From NCBI GenBank assembly GCA_963704755.1, contig OY969938.1, positions 1,620,001 through 1,652,000 on the forward strand: a stretch of DNA of 32,000 bases, read 5' to 3'. Of this stretch, positions 31,591-32,000 are shown piece by piece. Position numbers and translations under genes: made by a program. Under the pieces are notes generated by a model. That model worked only from the letters and a program-made list of their open reading frames with translations. It did not search any database and had not been told where the DNA came from. The stretch is from an uncultured Chloroflexia bacterium. GTDB taxonomy: Bacteria; Chloroflexota; Anaerolineae; Anaerolineales; Anaerolineaceae. Within the stretch, counting starts at the first letter, position 1. The number at the start of each line of letters is the position of its first letter.

Positions 31591-31639
31591 GAATTTGAGG
31601 TATGGATACGGTCGATGACCGTATCCATACCTCAAATTC
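31591..31639 (-). terminator. 23-bp perfect hairpin (GAATTTGAGGTATGGATACGGTC-gat-GACCGTATCCATACCTCAAATTC) with T7 only on the minus-strand side
   Basis: An exact inverted repeat. Plus-strand A7 (31583..31589) precedes it, so it has intrinsic-terminator polarity only for minus-strand transcription. Confidence 0.55.
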
Positions 31640-31667
31640 AGGGAACTCCTGATTAAGAAGAAGGTGC

Positions 31668-32000
31668 ATGATCCAAATCGCTAAAACCCCCTCCTCTCTC
31701 ATCGAAGCATCCGCCCCACCGCATATCCACATCGAACCCATGCGCGGGTGGGTGTCTCTGCAGCTCCATGAACTATGGGCATACCGCGAACTGCTTTATT
31801 TCCTCACCTGGCGGGATGTCAAGGTGCGCTATAAGCAGACTGCCCTGGGCGCTTTGTGGGCTATCCTGGTCCCCGTCCTCAACATGGTGGTTTTCACGAT
31901 CATTTTTGGCAACTTTGCCAAAATGCCCTCGGATGGCATCCCCTACCCGATCTTCAGCTACACGGCTTTATTGCCCTGGACTTATTTTTCCACCTCCCTA
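31668..32000 (+). CDS. ABC-2-type polysaccharide/teichoic-acid export permease (Wzm/TagG/KpsM-like), 5' part, running off the window
   Basis: Not in the track because it has no stop in the window. My translation: [111 protein letters not shown]. The block W.YReLl..L..[10 protein letters not shown].lG..Wa...P is the ABC-2 signature. GAAGAAGG precedes ATG 31668. Confidence 0.85.
   Translation, partial: MIQIAKTPSSLIEASAPPHIHIEPMRGWVSLQLHELWAYRELLYFLTWRDVKVRYKQTALGALWAILVPVLNMVVFTIIFGNFAKMPSDGIPYPIFSYTALLPWTYFSTSL

Noticed and set aside
22736-31639. CRISPR array hypothesis for the repeated hairpins.
   Set aside because: The copies are kilobases apart, separated by genes, in both orientations and internally palindromic. 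There is no regular repeat-spacer periodicity and no cas genes.

Overview
Moderate-GC bacterial window. It is probably from a Chloroflexota/Anaerolineae-like organism, inferred only from lipoprotein solute-binding proteins with long Ala/Thr/Pro/Glu tethers, and I cannot verify that here. Four segments are visible. (1) 1..2403: a large FG-GAP/TPR-like hypothetical protein whose 5' part seems to lie in another frame. (2) Locus 1 (2992..12371, minus strand): a DeoR regulator, then an operon of solute-binding protein, dual-domain ATPase, two permeases, an M29 peptidase-family gene, an FGGY kinase and a BtpA/SgcQ-family gene. (3) Locus 2 (12918..26668): a second, paralogous DeoR-controlled carbohydrate locus in two divergent operons. 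The minus operon carries solute-binding protein, ATPase, one permease, PfkB kinase, sugar-phosphate isomerase and OsmC. The plus operon carries DeoR, a DhnA/FbaB/LsrF-type class I aldolase, an FGGY kinase, a GatD-like Zn dehydrogenase, a cupin-type phosphoglucose isomerase, a shikimate-dehydrogenase-like protein and a DeoC-like aldolase. (4) An envelope segment (26929..32000): a glycosyltransferase remnant, a large GT-C-like membrane protein, a 766-bp non-coding spacer, two secreted proteins and the 5' end of an ABC-2 (Wzm/TagG-type) permease that is absent from the ORF track. I saw no rRNA, tRNA, CRISPR array, transposase/integrase or recognisable defence genes. The points most worth a second look are these. 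(a) Locus 2 reads as a possible PTS-independent hexitol/ketohexose route. (b) There is a dispersed family of long palindromic hairpins with reversed T-run/A-run polarity and a shared 14-nt box. (c) Disrupted genes are unusually dense: an in-frame TAA in the M29 gene, an A5-run frameshift in the BtpA gene, a frameshift in the membrane protein, an internally deleted glycosyltransferase and a decayed LuxR-type HTH. (d) Three near-consensus sigma70-type promoters carry candidate DeoR operators. All functional calls rest on motif recognition from memory, and no database search was possible.
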